Assembly: GCA_018377375.1 (NCBI GenBank)
Contig: JAGZZN010000001.1
Location: forward strand, 3,676 to 67,675
Direction: 5' to 3'
DNA from: Streptococcus parasanguinis
GTDB taxonomy: Bacteria; Bacillota; Bacilli; Lactobacillales; Streptococcaceae
Length of the DNA: 64,000 nt
Shown here: positions 52,614-62,918 of the stretch, piece after piece
How the letters are laid out: each line of letters opens with the position of its first letter
Numbering within the stretch: position 1 is the first letter of the stretch
The notes under the pieces: model-generated
What the model saw: only the letters and a program-made list of their open reading frames with translations
The model's database searches: none
Told to the model about the DNA's origin: nothing
Program-made: the position numbers and the translations under genes

Positions 52614-53183
52614 TCATTTTTCTGACAAATATTCTTCCTTAGTGAGGACATAATGAACTCTCGTCACCATTCTCCCTTCTTCATGCAGGTCTAGCATCGC
52701 GTAGGGCTCCTCGTGAGAATATTTCATCCCTGATTTGGCCATCACCCGTCCAGAAGCTGGGTTGTCCTGATCATGAACAGCAATTAGCTTGTTCATCCCT
52801 AACTGTTCAAAAGCCAAGGCAATGACTGCCTTGGTAGCCTCTGTCGCTAGTCCCTGGTTCCAATAATTTTTATTCAGAACATAGCCGATACTCCCCTTTT
52901 TCAGACAAAGATCTAAATTTAGTAAATCAATCGTCCCGATAAATTTTCTATTCTCTTTCAGCTCGATCCCCCATCTTCCAAGTGGGCTCGCTAGGTAAAA
53001 GAGGGCAATGTTATTACGCGTTTCTTCCAGACTTTGATTGGTTGGAAACGTATAGCGCGTAACGGTTTCATCAGAAGCGTACTCAAACATAGCCGGTGCA
53101 TCTTCAAGAGTGACCGGACGCAAGCGCAAACGCTCCGTCTCTGTTTCACGATAAGCTGCTAACTTCACATATAGATTTTCCAT
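52614..53183 (-). CDS. GNAT acetyltransferase, RimJ/RimL family
   Basis: ETERLRLR, IGY..WNQGLATEA, NPASGRVMAKSG. Confidence 0.9.
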   Translation of the reverse strand: MENLYVKLAAYRETETERLRLRPVTLEDAPAMFEYASDETVTRYTFPTNQSLEETRNNIALFYLASPLGRWGIELKENRKFIGTIDLLNLDLCLKKGSIGYVLNKNYWNQGLATEATKAVIALAFEQLGMNKLIAVHDQDNPASGRVMAKSGMKYSHEEPYAMLDLHEEGRMVTRVHYVLTKEEYLSEK

Positions 53184-53385
53184 TTGACTCTCCTTCTTTA
53201 GGGTTTAGTTTAGCAGAAAACAGAAAAGAAGGCAAGCTCAAATTTTTCTTGCATTTTTACCCACTTTTCTATACAATAAAATCAATTAAAACAATCGGAT
53301 AAGGAGTAAAAAGGTCATTGAGTCAAGAGAGCCATCTCACACCAATGGCCTTTTTACACCTAAATCCAAGCAAGGAGAAATAATC

Positions 53386-54498
53386 ATGTTAATTGGTATT
53401 CCAAAAGAAATTAAAAACAACGAAAATCGGGTCGGTTTGACACCTGCAGGCGTACAAAGCTTGGTGAAGAAAGGACATCAAGTGTTGGTGGAAACAAATG
53501 CAGGACTAGGTTCTGGTTTTGCGGATGAAGATTACACGAAGCAAGGGGCAACCATCGTTGCGACTGCTGCAGAAGCTTGGGCCGCTGAGATGGTGGTCAA
53601 AGTCAAAGAACCTCTCGCTGAAGAATATGGCTTCCTTCGCGAAGACCTCTTGCTCTTCACTTACTTGCATATGGCTGCTGCACCAGAATTAGCGGACGCT
53701 ATGGTCTCAGCTAAAACAACTGGGGTGGCCTACGAAACGGTGCGTGACCTTGATGGACAATTGCCTCTCTTGGTGCCAATGAGTGAGGTTGCTGGACGGA
53801 TGGCCGTGCAAATCGGTGCTCACTTCCTGACCAAACAAGAAGGTGGATCAGGCGTCCTCCTAGGTGGGGTGCCAGGTGTTCCCAAAGGGAAAGTTACCAT
53901 CATCGGAGGTGGGGTCGTTGGAACCCACGCAGCTCGTATCGCTCTTGGACTTGGTGCCCAAGTGACCATCTTAGATATCAGCGCCAAACGTTTGGCTGTT
54001 CTGGAAGATGTCTTTGGTCACCAAATCCAAACCCTTATGTCCAACCCCTTTAATATTGAGGCCAGCGTCCGTGATGCCGATGTTGTCATCGGAGCTGTCT
54101 TGATACCTGGTGCGAAAGCTCCTAAATTAGTGACGGATGATATGGTTAAACAAATGCGTCCCGGTTCTGTCATCGTCGATGTGGCCGTTGACCAAGGTGG
54201 GGTAATTGAAACAGCAGATCGTGTGACAACACATACGGAGCCAGTTTACGAAAAACATGGTGTACTCCACTATGCCGTTGCCAATATTCCAGGGGCTGTC
54301 GCTCGCACTTCTACCATCGCCCTTACAAATGTGACCCTTCCTTATGTCGAATCCCTAGCTGACAATGGCTTCCACAAGGCAATTGCACTCGATGAAGGCT
54401 TGCGAGAAGGTGTTACCACTTACCAAGGTCATATCACCAGCCAACCCGTTGCTACTGGTTTAGAGCGCGACTTCACACCAATTGATGAATTGGTTTAA
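53386..54498 (+). CDS. ald: Alanine dehydrogenase
   Basis: [38 protein letters not shown]. Confidence 0.97.
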   Translation: MLIGIPKEIKNNENRVGLTPAGVQSLVKKGHQVLVETNAGLGSGFADEDYTKQGATIVATAAEAWAAEMVVKVKEPLAEEYGFLREDLLLFTYLHMAAAPELADAMVSAKTTGVAYETVRDLDGQLPLLVPMSEVAGRMAVQIGAHFLTKQEGGSGVLLGGVPGVPKGKVTIIGGGVVGTHAARIALGLGAQVTILDISAKRLAVLEDVFGHQIQTLMSNPFNIEASVRDADVVIGAVLIPGAKAPKLVTDDMVKQMRPGSVIVDVAVDQGGVIETADRVTTHTEPVYEKHGVLHYAVANIPGAVARTSTIALTNVTLPYVESLADNGFHKAIALDEGLREGVTTYQGHITSQPVATGLERDFTPIDELV

Positions 54499-54619
54499 AC
54501 AATCATGTATTTAAAGAATTATCATCGAAAAAAATAAGCAACTTATTTTTTCATCTGAACTAATTAAAAAAGTTTTGGAAAAAACAAGTTGTTTTGAGTT
54601 TTTTTAATCATTTTCAGAG

Positions 54620-54777
54620 ACTTTCCGCCGTGAGAAAAGTGCCTGAAACATTTGAGTTTCAAGCACTCGGAATAATTGAGACCTTAGGCTCAATTATTAG
54701 TCATGGAACTTCGAAGAAGTTCGCTGACGTCCGTTCTCACCTAAGGAAAGGCTAGAAGATGATTTTATCGTCAATTT
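54620..54777. repeat. Structured intergenic repeat, copy B
   Basis: Collinear with 39567-39726. Confidence 0.85.
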
Positions 54778-54808
54778 AAAGGCAAAGATCCTCTGATCTT
54801 TGCCTTTT

Positions 54809-55807
54809 TTATTCTGCTTCTTCTTCCACATCCGGTTTTTCTTTGAGCACTGGATTTGGGACGGGCTCGTAGGCCCGGATAATCTCTGCTACTACTGGAT
54901 GTCGAACGACATCCTTAGCAGAGAAATGCACAAAGTCAATTTGAGAAATGTTCTTCAATTTCTCCTGAGCATCAATCAATCCAGATTTCACATTACGTGG
55001 AAGGTCGATCTGGCTGGTATCCCCATTGACAATCATCTTGGAATTAAAACCAAGACGGGTCAAAAACATCTTCATCTGCATGATGGTGGTATTCTGCGCT
55101 TCATCGAGAATGACAAAGGCATCGTCCAAGGTCCGCCCCCGCATATAAGCCAAAGGCGCAATCTCGATAATCTCCCGCTCCATCATCCGAGTGGTTTGGT
55201 CTTTCCCTAAAATCTGGTAAAGAGCATCATAGACCGGACGTAGATAAGGGTCTACTTTTTCTTTAAGATCCCCTGGTAGGAAACCAAGGCTCTCTCCAGC
55301 TTCTACAGCAGGACGCGTCAAAATGATCCGCTTGACCTGACCACGCTTGAGGGCGGTCACGGCCAAGGTCACTGCTAGGAAGGTTTTCCCAGTCCCCGCT
55401 GGTCCAATCCCAAAAGTGACATCATGGTTCTTGACACTATCGACATAGATCTTTTGACCAAGCGTTTTAACTCGAATGGGCTTGCCGTAACTATCCTTGA
55501 TAATCTCTTCTTCATAGAGAGCGATGAACTTATCCAATTCCCCATTTCTCACCATGGTAATGGCGGTCACCACATCCGGCGTTCCAATGGTCATGCCACG
55601 GTTAACGAGGACCAAAAGAGCCTGGATGACTTGACGAACCTGCTCGCAGCTTTCTTCTTCCCCAATGATTTGGACGATTTCTGTTCGGGCATGAATAGTC
55701 ACCCCAAATTCTTGCTCCATCAAACGGAGATGGCGTTCGTTAGATCCAAACAAATGAAAGAGATCGTCTGGATGCGTTAATGTAATTTCAACTGAATGTT
55801 CTTGCAA
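54809..55807 (-). CDS. PhoH family ATPase
   Basis: GPAGTGKT, RPAVEAGE, YMRGRT, DEAQN. Confidence 0.95.
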   Translation of the reverse strand: MQEHSVEITLTHPDDLFHLFGSNERHLRLMEQEFGVTIHARTEIVQIIGEEESCEQVRQVIQALLVLVNRGMTIGTPDVVTAITMVRNGELDKFIALYEEEIIKDSYGKPIRVKTLGQKIYVDSVKNHDVTFGIGPAGTGKTFLAVTLAVTALKRGQVKRIILTRPAVEAGESLGFLPGDLKEKVDPYLRPVYDALYQILGKDQTTRMMEREIIEIAPLAYMRGRTLDDAFVILDEAQNTTIMQMKMFLTRLGFNSKMIVNGDTSQIDLPRNVKSGLIDAQEKLKNISQIDFVHFSAKDVVRHPVVAEIIRAYEPVPNPVLKEKPDVEEEAE

Positions 55808-55886
55808 ATAAAGAACCTCTCTACCTGTGTTTTTCTATTATTATAACAAAGAGGCCGAGAAAAAACCATCCTCGACCTATCCTTCT

Positions 55887-56102
55887 CTAGTGGGCTTGGT
55901 ATTCTTCCCAAATCGCATCAAAATCGCCAAGATTAAAGGAAAAGCTCGCATGCTCTTCTAGATAGCGACTGACCTTGTCGAAGTCATCTGTATGCTTGGG
56001 AAAAGCAGACTCGTGAAATGCAAGATCTGCTAGAATGGCTTTAGGAGCATTGCTTTTAGGATTGCGCTCCGTCATCAACCAAGTATAAAATGATTTTCGC
56101 AT
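55887..56102 (-). CDS. YozE family protein
   Basis: SFYTWLMT...FPKH motif. Confidence 0.88.
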   Translation of the reverse strand: MRKSFYTWLMTERNPKSNAPKAILADLAFHESAFPKHTDDFDKVSRYLEEHASFSFNLGDFDAIWEEYQAH

Positions 56103-56112
56103 AAGCCTCCTC

Positions 56113-56967
56113 TTAGATCAACTCTGTTCCAAACTGGTCTTGCTTGATTTTTTTGGCCTTCATCAAACCACCCAAGGCCTTTTTGAACTGGCCTTTTGAA
56201 ATCCCAAAAGTCGCCTTGACCTCTTCTGGAGAGGACTTATCATTCAAGGTCATAAAGCCTCCATTGGCTTCCAAATAGGTCAAAATCATTTGTGCATCGT
56301 TTTCCAACATCTCAAAGGAGCGTGGCTTCAAAGATAAGTTCAAGGTCCGATCCACTTCACGAAAACCAATAACGCGAGCATTTACGACCTCTCCCAAACG
56401 AGGTTCTGCATAGCGCTCACTTGGGTGGATAAAGCCCAGCATATTGTTCTCTGGAAGGTAAACAAAGGTTCCAGACAATTTCAAGCGGTAGACAATGGCT
56501 GGCCAGTTTTGGTTTTGCATATTGTTGTAAGCAGGACGAGCCAAACGCTGGAAATCTTCCTGGTAGGCTAAGATCCCCCAAATCCGATCTTTCTTATCGA
56601 CTTCTAAACGAATATACAGACGATCGCCCTTTTTAGGCCATAGATCTTTGATCTCCGGTAGGATATCTAGTGAGACAACAATCTGCTTATCTGGAAGCCC
56701 TGTATCCACGAAGACTCCCAAATCCTTGCGCACTTCCGTGACCGTTCCCCAGCCAAAGCTTTCTTGAGTTGCAGTGACTTCAAGTGTCGTGAGTCGTAGT
56801 TTTTGCTTCATATCTGTATAGGCAAAGCCCTTGACACTTTCTCCGACTTGGTGTGGGCCTTCTGCTTTATCAAGCGCGTATGTCTGGCCATCTTTTTGAA
56901 CAAAATAGAAGTGATCATTTTCATCAATGACCATTCCCATGATGTAGCTTGCTAGATTCGTATTCAT
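56113..56967 (-). CDS. cvfB: S1 RNA-binding protein CvfB
   Basis: S1 repeats and C-terminal w[18 protein letters not shown]. Confidence 0.88.
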   Translation of the reverse strand: MNTNLASYIMGMVIDENDHFYFVQKDGQTYALDKAEGPHQVGESVKGFAYTDMKQKLRLTTLEVTATQESFGWGTVTEVRKDLGVFVDTGLPDKQIVVSLDILPEIKDLWPKKGDRLYIRLEVDKKDRIWGILAYQEDFQRLARPAYNNMQNQNWPAIVYRLKLSGTFVYLPENNMLGFIHPSERYAEPRLGEVVNARVIGFREVDRTLNLSLKPRSFEMLENDAQMILTYLEANGGFMTLNDKSSPEEVKATFGISKGQFKKALGGLMKAKKIKQDQFGTELI

Positions 56968-57066
56968 GTTTCCTTCTTTCCTCTTGCCTCTTCACAAGAA
57001 TAATGGAAATAAAACCCAGCCAGCAGTGCCAACTGAGTCTTTCTTTCCTGTAATGGTTGGGATAGA

Positions 57067-57624
57067 TTAAACTTCCATCAATTCTTTTTCTTTGTGAGCT
57101 GTCATTTCATCTACATGCTTAACAGCGTCATCCGTAACTTTTTGAATCTCTTTTTCAAGACCTTTCAATTCATCTTCTGTGATTTCTTTTGCTTTTTCTT
57201 GTTTCTTCGCTTCATCCATAGCATCACGACGGATGTTACGGATCGCTACTTTAGCATTTTCACCCACTTTTTTCACTTCTTTTGCCAAGTCACGACGAGT
57301 TTCTTCTGTCAAAGCTGGGATAACCAAGCGGATAACAGATCCATCGTTGGCTGGAGTGATACCAAGGTCAGAAGCATTGATGCTGTGCTCGATGTCTTTC
57401 AAAGATGATTTATCAAATGGTGTGATCAACAAGACACGCGCTTCTGGAATAGTGATAGATGCCAATTGGTTCAATGGTGTCTCTACTCCGTAGTATTCTA
57501 CGAAAATACGATCCAAAAGACTTGCATTTGCACGTCCAGCACGGATGCTACCAAATTCACGTCCCAAACTTTGGTGAGACTGGGTCATTCTTTCTTTTGC
57601 TTTTTCTACGATTGGGTTTGCCAT
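57067..57624 (-). CDS. frr: Ribosome recycling factor
   Basis: IRAGRAN, LTEETRR, IRNIRRD. Confidence 0.98.
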   Translation of the reverse strand: MANPIVEKAKERMTQSHQSLGREFGSIRAGRANASLLDRIFVEYYGVETPLNQLASITIPEARVLLITPFDKSSLKDIEHSINASDLGITPANDGSVIRLVIPALTEETRRDLAKEVKKVGENAKVAIRNIRRDAMDEAKKQEKAKEITEDELKGLEKEIQKVTDDAVKHVDEMTAHKEKELMEV

Positions 57625-57643
57625 AATCTTCCTCTATTTTCTA

Positions 57644-58375
57644 TTATTTTTCTACGTTATTCGATACGGTTGTACCAATATTTTCACCAAAGACAACGCG
57701 TTTGATATTGCCTGGTTCATTCATATTAAAGACAACCAAGTCAATGTCGTTGTCCATGGAGAGAGTAGAGGCTGTTGAGTCCATGATGCGAAGACCTTTA
57801 TTGATCACATCGCGGTGAGTCAATTCCTCAAATTTCACAGCTGAAGCATCTTTTTTCGGATCAGCATTGTAAACACCATCCACCCCATTTTTGGCCATGA
57901 GGATGGCATCTGCTTCAATCTCAGCTGCACGAAGGGCTGCAGTCGTATCTGTTGAGAAGTATGGAGAACCGATCCCTGCACCAAAGATCACGATCCGATC
58001 TTTTTCAAGGTGACGAAGGGCACGACCACGGATATAAGGTTCTGCAACTTGTTGCATGGCAATCGCTGTTTGAACACGGGTATCCACGCCAACTTGTTGA
58101 AGCGAATCAGCCATCACAAGGGCGTTCATGACAGTACCGAGCATGCCTGTGTAGTCTGCTTGGACACGATCCATCCCCGCTTCAGCAGCAGGTTCTCCAC
58201 GCCAAAGGTTTCCACCACCGATAACCAAGGCAATTTCAATTCCAAGTTCGTGAACTTCCTTGATTTCTTGGGCCATTTTTTGGACAGTTTTGATATCGAT
58301 TCCGACACCACGTTCGCCAGCAAGGGCTTCACCAGATAGCTTGATTAAGATACGTTTATACTTAGGTTCTACCAT
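57644..58375 (-). CDS. pyrH: UMP kinase
   Basis: [22 protein letters not shown]. Confidence 0.98.
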   Translation of the reverse strand: MVEPKYKRILIKLSGEALAGERGVGIDIKTVQKMAQEIKEVHELGIEIALVIGGGNLWRGEPAAEAGMDRVQADYTGMLGTVMNALVMADSLQQVGVDTRVQTAIAMQQVAEPYIRGRALRHLEKDRIVIFGAGIGSPYFSTDTTAALRAAEIEADAILMAKNGVDGVYNADPKKDASAVKFEELTHRDVINKGLRIMDSTASTLSMDNDIDLVVFNMNEPGNIKRVVFGENIGTTVSNNVEK

Positions 58376-58538
58376 TTTCTATCTCCTTTTTTGATCTGTA
58401 TTATTTTACCATAAATTACGTTTTTTATATAGTCATATCCATCAAAATTTTCTTTTTTCCATCCGATTGGTTTTACCAACTGTAGCAAATAAAAATGGCG
58501 TACAAAAAAAGCTACCCAAAGGCAGCTTTTCATTTCAA

Positions 58539-59228
58539 TTAAAGTGAGTTAACGTCCACTTTGATACCAGGACCTTGAGTTGTAGTCAAAGTCAAGCTAG
58601 TTACGTAAGTACCTTTAGCTGTAGCTGGTTTTGCTTTTTGGATTGTGTCGTTGAAAGCTTTAAAGTTTTCAACCAATTTAGTATCATCGAATGAAACTTT
58701 ACCGATGATCGCTTGAACGATACCTGCTTTATCAGCACGGTAAGTGATTTTACCACCTTTAGACTCTTCAACTGCTTTCGCAACATCCATTGTTACTGTA
58801 CCAGTTTTAGGGTTTGGCATCAAGTTACGAGGTCCAAGGACACGTCCAAGACGTCCAACAAGAGCCATCATGTCAGGTGTAGCGATAACTACGTCGAAGT
58901 CCAACCAACCATCGTTGATTTTCGCAACAAGGTCATCTTCACCTACGAAGTCTGCACCAGCAGCTTTTGCTTCTTCAGCTTTTGCACCACGTGCAAATAC
59001 AAGAACGCGAGCTGTTTTACCAGTTCCGTTTGGCAATACCATTGCACCACGGATTTGTTGGTCAGCTTTTTTCACGTCGATGTTCAAGTTGTAAGCAACT
59101 TCTACAGTTGCGTCAAATTTTGCAAAGTTAGTTTCTTTTGCAAGAGCTACAGCTTCTTCTACGCTGTAGACTTTTGTGCTGTCGATTTTTTCAAGAGCAG
59201 CACGAAGTTGTTTGCTTTTTTTAGCCAT
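58539..59228 (-). CDS. rplA: 50S ribosomal protein L1
   Basis: [22 protein letters not shown]. Confidence 0.99.
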   Translation of the reverse strand: MAKKSKQLRAALEKIDSTKVYSVEEAVALAKETNFAKFDATVEVAYNLNIDVKKADQQIRGAMVLPNGTGKTARVLVFARGAKAEEAKAAGADFVGEDDLVAKINDGWLDFDVVIATPDMMALVGRLGRVLGPRNLMPNPKTGTVTMDVAKAVEESKGGKITYRADKAGIVQAIIGKVSFDDTKLVENFKAFNDTIQKAKPATAKGTYVTSLTLTTTQGPGIKVDVNSL

Positions 59229-59325
59229 TTTATCTTTCTCCTTGTAATGTGGTCATATCGATTTTCATCTCCCACGTCACTCGTCATTTGATCAAGTGTA
59301 TTGCGGGCAAATAGGATTGTTACAA

Positions 59326-59751
59326 TTAGTCAGTAACAGTGAATCCCATAGAACGAGCAGTACCTTCGATCATACGCATTGCAGACTCAATGTTTGCAGC
59401 GTTCAAATCTGGCATCTTAGTTTCAGCGATTTGTTGTACTTGTGCACGAGTTACAGTTGCAACTTTCGTTTTGTTCGGTGTACCTGAACCTTTTTCAACA
59501 CCTGCAGCTTTTTTCAAAAGAACAGCAGCTGGTGGTGTTTTTGTAACGAAATCGAATGATTTGTCTTCATAAACAGTGATTACAACTGGGATGATCATAC
59601 CAGCTTGATCAGCTGTACGAGCGTTAAACTCTTTAGTGAATCCCATGATGTTGATACCTGCTTGACCAAGCGCTGGACCAACCGGTGGAGCTGGAGTAGC
59701 TTTACCAGCAGGGATTTGCAATTTTACAAGTTTTTCGACTTTTTTAGCCAT
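59326..59751 (-). CDS. rplK: 50S ribosomal protein L11
   Basis: [20 protein letters not shown]. Confidence 0.99.
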   Translation of the reverse strand: MAKKVEKLVKLQIPAGKATPAPPVGPALGQAGINIMGFTKEFNARTADQAGMIIPVVITVYEDKSFDFVTKTPPAAVLLKKAAGVEKGSGTPNKTKVATVTRAQVQQIAETKMPDLNAANIESAMRMIEGTARSMGFTVTD

Positions 59752-59911
59752 TTCTTAAATCCTCCTTTGTGGTTTTGGCGGTAATTACAGATTTTTACCT
59801 CCCACAAGTATGCTTTGTGCATACCTCTCTATTATACACGATTTCTCTTTTTTTGCAAGAAAAAATTAAAATATAGTAAACTTTTTTTTCGTTTTATGAT
59901 AGAATGAAGCT

Positions 59912-60256
59912 ATGTTAATCAAAGTTGCTTCTGTATTATTTATTTTTTTAACGCTGATTCTGAGTGGCATCATTGTTCACCTCTTTAAGCTTCAAAAAAG
60001 AGGATGGCGATCGACCGATATTGCCTTTCCTTTATTTGCCCTAGAGTACTACCTGATCTCAGACAGCGTCTTTTATCACAGCCTCTTACCGCTGCTAGCT
60101 TTAAGCCTTTCGCTTTTAGCTTTGGGGCTAACGATTTATTTCTTAAAAAAGAAAAAGTGTTTTTATTACCCTAGATTTATCAAATACTTCTGGCGTGCTG
60201 GATTTCTAGTCACCTTCTTACTCTATCTGATCTTAACAGCTAGTTTGTTTATTTAA
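59912..60256 (+). CDS. DUF3397-like small membrane protein
   Basis: Hydrophobic, D..FP and KYFWR motifs; usual position upstream of rplK in streptococci. Confidence 0.7.
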   Translation: MLIKVASVLFIFLTLILSGIIVHLFKLQKRGWRSTDIAFPLFALEYYLISDSVFYHSLLPLLALSLSLLALGLTIYFLKKKKCFYYPRFIKYFWRAGFLVTFLLYLILTASLFI

Positions 60257-60350
60257 TACTGAAAAAGATACCATCTTGCTTCATTTCGAGGTGGTATCTT
60301 TTTTTGACCAACTACGACGATTTGAATGAACTAGGAAGTCTTTACCATTG

Positions 60351-61937
60351 TTAATGATTCATTTTTACAATTTTATGATCGACAATCTGATAAATAGAAT
60401 CGTAATCTTCTTTCTGGTATTTATGAGCTATTTCTATCAAGGTACACTTTTGTTGAGACAATATTTTTCGAATCTCTCTTGCATTTGTTTCATCCAATGC
60501 TGCTGTCACCTCATCGGCTAATAAAATGGGTTTTGGTCGGAGAATACACCGTGCAATTTCTAATTTCATCATTTGTCCTCCAGATAAATTCTGTGGATCT
60601 ATTTGATACTCTAAATCACCAGCTAATTCGTCCCAAAGATGAACAGATTCTAAAGCTTTTTGAAGTTGGTCGTCTGAAAACTCCTGAAATAGAGTCAAAT
60701 TTTCTTTTACAGTCCCTTTAAATAGATAAGGTTTTTGATGAATGAGATTGACCCTGTCGTAAGAAGGATAACAAGATTTTCCTTTTCTATCTATCAATTC
60801 AATACTTCCACTATATTTCTTATCTTCTCCACATAATAAGTGAAACAGGGAAGTTTTACCACTGCCACTGGCACCCGTGAGAAGTACTTTCTGACAAGCA
60901 GCAATTGTTAGGTTTGTATTTCTAAAGATCAAATGATCTCCAAATGTCTTCGTTAAATCATCGATCTGAATACTGAGCTTTTCTGTCAAAGGTTCTAAAA
61001 TGGTTGTCGTCTCATTCACTTCAGGCATTTTCAAAATCGACACAACTTTCTTTTTGACAACCGTTGATCCTTGCAAATTAGATGTCATTTCTAATAATTG
61101 TTGCAAAGGGGAGATTAAATTCATAGAAGCCGTCATCATGGCGATGAGTGTTGTCAGAGACAGGGCCGTAGAAGGAAGAAGCAATAAACCCGTTAACAAG
61201 GGGGCAATCAGTCCTATTCCTTTTAAGGGACCTGTCCAAAACATGACTAAATTGTGAGTCGTATAGTAGGTATATTGTTGATGCTCCGTTTCACTAATTT
61301 CTTTCAGAACATGTTGAGAAAATTCAGTTCCCGCTTGATTGCTTTGGATGGTTTGAATTCCTTTGCTGAAATCGGTGATACTTGATAAACTTTTCTTTCT
61401 TGCCTTACTTAGCTCTTCCCCACGATTTTGTAGGAGTTTGTTAAATACAAACTGAGGAATGATCATCAAGAAACCACCTATTGTAAAGAGACAACCAATA
61501 AAAAAGTTCTGCATGATGAGATAGACTATAGATGCTAGAATGGATAAGCCAAATACTGGATAAATGAGCATAGGAGTCAAAAATTCTTGCCAAAACATCG
61601 GAATATCCTGTGTTAAAAATGAGTTTAACTCTGCCTCTGTATACTCTAATTTTTTTTGATGAAAGTAGGTTAACGTTCTCTCCGAGATCAATATATTAAA
61701 TTCTTTGATGATCGATCGAACTAGAAGATTATCGATATACATACATGCATAGATCAATACAAATAGAGCAATTCCTCCTATACCAAAGACGAGTAAAGCT
61801 CCTTTATCTCGTGGGTTGATCTCGCCTGCAAACTGAATAATAAGCGATAACAAAAGCCCTTGAAGTGAGTACAAAACAGCAAATAGAACATACAACATCA
61901 ATTTCCATTTAGATAAACTTTTTAGAATGACTTGCAT
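60351..61937 (-). CDS. ABC transporter ATP-binding/permease (peptide-exporter type)
   Basis: TMD plus GASGSGKT, LSGGQ, ADEVTAALD. Confidence 0.88.
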   Translation of the reverse strand: MQVILKSLSKWKLMLYVLFAVLYSLQGLLLSLIIQFAGEINPRDKGALLVFGIGGIALFVLIYACMYIDNLLVRSIIKEFNILISERTLTYFHQKKLEYTEAELNSFLTQDIPMFWQEFLTPMLIYPVFGLSILASIVYLIMQNFFIGCLFTIGGFLMIIPQFVFNKLLQNRGEELSKARKKSLSSITDFSKGIQTIQSNQAGTEFSQHVLKEISETEHQQYTYYTTHNLVMFWTGPLKGIGLIAPLLTGLLLLPSTALSLTTLIAMMTASMNLISPLQQLLEMTSNLQGSTVVKKKVVSILKMPEVNETTTILEPLTEKLSIQIDDLTKTFGDHLIFRNTNLTIAACQKVLLTGASGSGKTSLFHLLCGEDKKYSGSIELIDRKGKSCYPSYDRVNLIHQKPYLFKGTVKENLTLFQEFSDDQLQKALESVHLWDELAGDLEYQIDPQNLSGGQMMKLEIARCILRPKPILLADEVTAALDETNAREIRKILSQQKCTLIEIAHKYQKEDYDSIYQIVDHKIVKMNH

Positions 61938-62020
61938 CTTATTTTTCTCCTTTCCCTTTTTATAGATATAGTATATAATATAAAAAAATAGTATATGAAA
62001 AATTACGGAAATCCGAACAA

Positions 62021-62869
62021 ATGGACATTAGAGAAAAATTTAAATTAATTCGAAAACAAAGAAAAATCTCCTTAAGAGAACTTGGGAATATCGCTGGTTC
62101 TGCTTCGAGTATTTCTGATTTTGAAAATGGGAAAACCAATCTATCCAATGATATATTGCTTCAATTATTGGGGTACATGATTGTGGAGATTAATGAGATC
62201 TTTGATTGGAGTGATTTCCATAGTGCTGAGTTTTTAACCTTGAAAAAACGAATGGATGAGGCAATGGAAAACTCGGATTGGCCATCACTTCTTCAAATAA
62301 AAAATGATTTGCAAGAATTAGCGATCTCAAAGCATCAATACATTTACCACATCCTCTCCCTCGTTTTAGAGATTATCATTGCAGAAAAACAGCACAAAAC
62401 CGTTTCACAGCAGGCAATAAATGAACTGACGGATTACTTTTTTTCATTAGATTATTGGACCAATCTTGATATTGGGTTAATGGGAAGTGTGGTCTCCTAT
62501 TTCACAACTGAGGCTATTGTTCTCTTTACGGATACAATTTTGGAAAATACACCGGACAAACTTAAGAACAATCTAGATCGAATCAAAATCGATACGATTT
62601 TAAATTTAGTATCTGTCTTAATCAGTAGAAAAGAAAAAAGTGCTAGCAAACAACTGCTAACACTTCTATTCGAAAAACATTTCCCTAACTATTTTGCATT
62701 TCAAAAATTATACTTACTAGAATTAAAGGCCATCTATCAAAGTATTTGGGAAGATCCAAAGCAAGGGAGATCTCTCCATAATGATGTGATCCATTCGGTT
62801 TCATTGTTACTTTCAAAAGCTGAAGCACAAGAGTGGGATGCCTATTTTCTAGAACTAACTGAACCGTAA
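62021..62869 (+). CDS. Rgg/GadR/MutR family transcriptional regulator
   Basis: XRE HTH (SISDFENG) plus LTDYFFSLDYWT C-terminal motif, 282 aa. Confidence 0.88.
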   Translation: MDIREKFKLIRKQRKISLRELGNIAGSASSISDFENGKTNLSNDILLQLLGYMIVEINEIFDWSDFHSAEFLTLKKRMDEAMENSDWPSLLQIKNDLQELAISKHQYIYHILSLVLEIIIAEKQHKTVSQQAINELTDYFFSLDYWTNLDIGLMGSVVSYFTTEAIVLFTDTILENTPDKLKNNLDRIKIDTILNLVSVLISRKEKSASKQLLTLLFEKHFPNYFAFQKLYLLELKAIYQSIWEDPKQGRSLHNDVIHSVSLLLSKAEAQEWDAYFLELTEP

Positions 62870-62918
62870 AAATATCGTCTTCCAATCGAAACTATTTTAT
62901 CTGTTTTGCTATTTTCTT

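Noticed and set aside
39567..54777. Repeats as a CRISPR array
   Set aside because: Copies are ~130 bp, dispersed, with no repeat-spacer periodicity and no cas genes.
58713..59291. 192-aa plus-strand ORF
   Set aside because: Antisense shadow of highly biased rplA; no RBS or recognisable domain.
61995..62048. Short ORF MKNYGNPNKWTLEKNLN as an Rgg pheromone
   Set aside because: Not hydrophobic, same strand as and overlapping rgg, no RBS.
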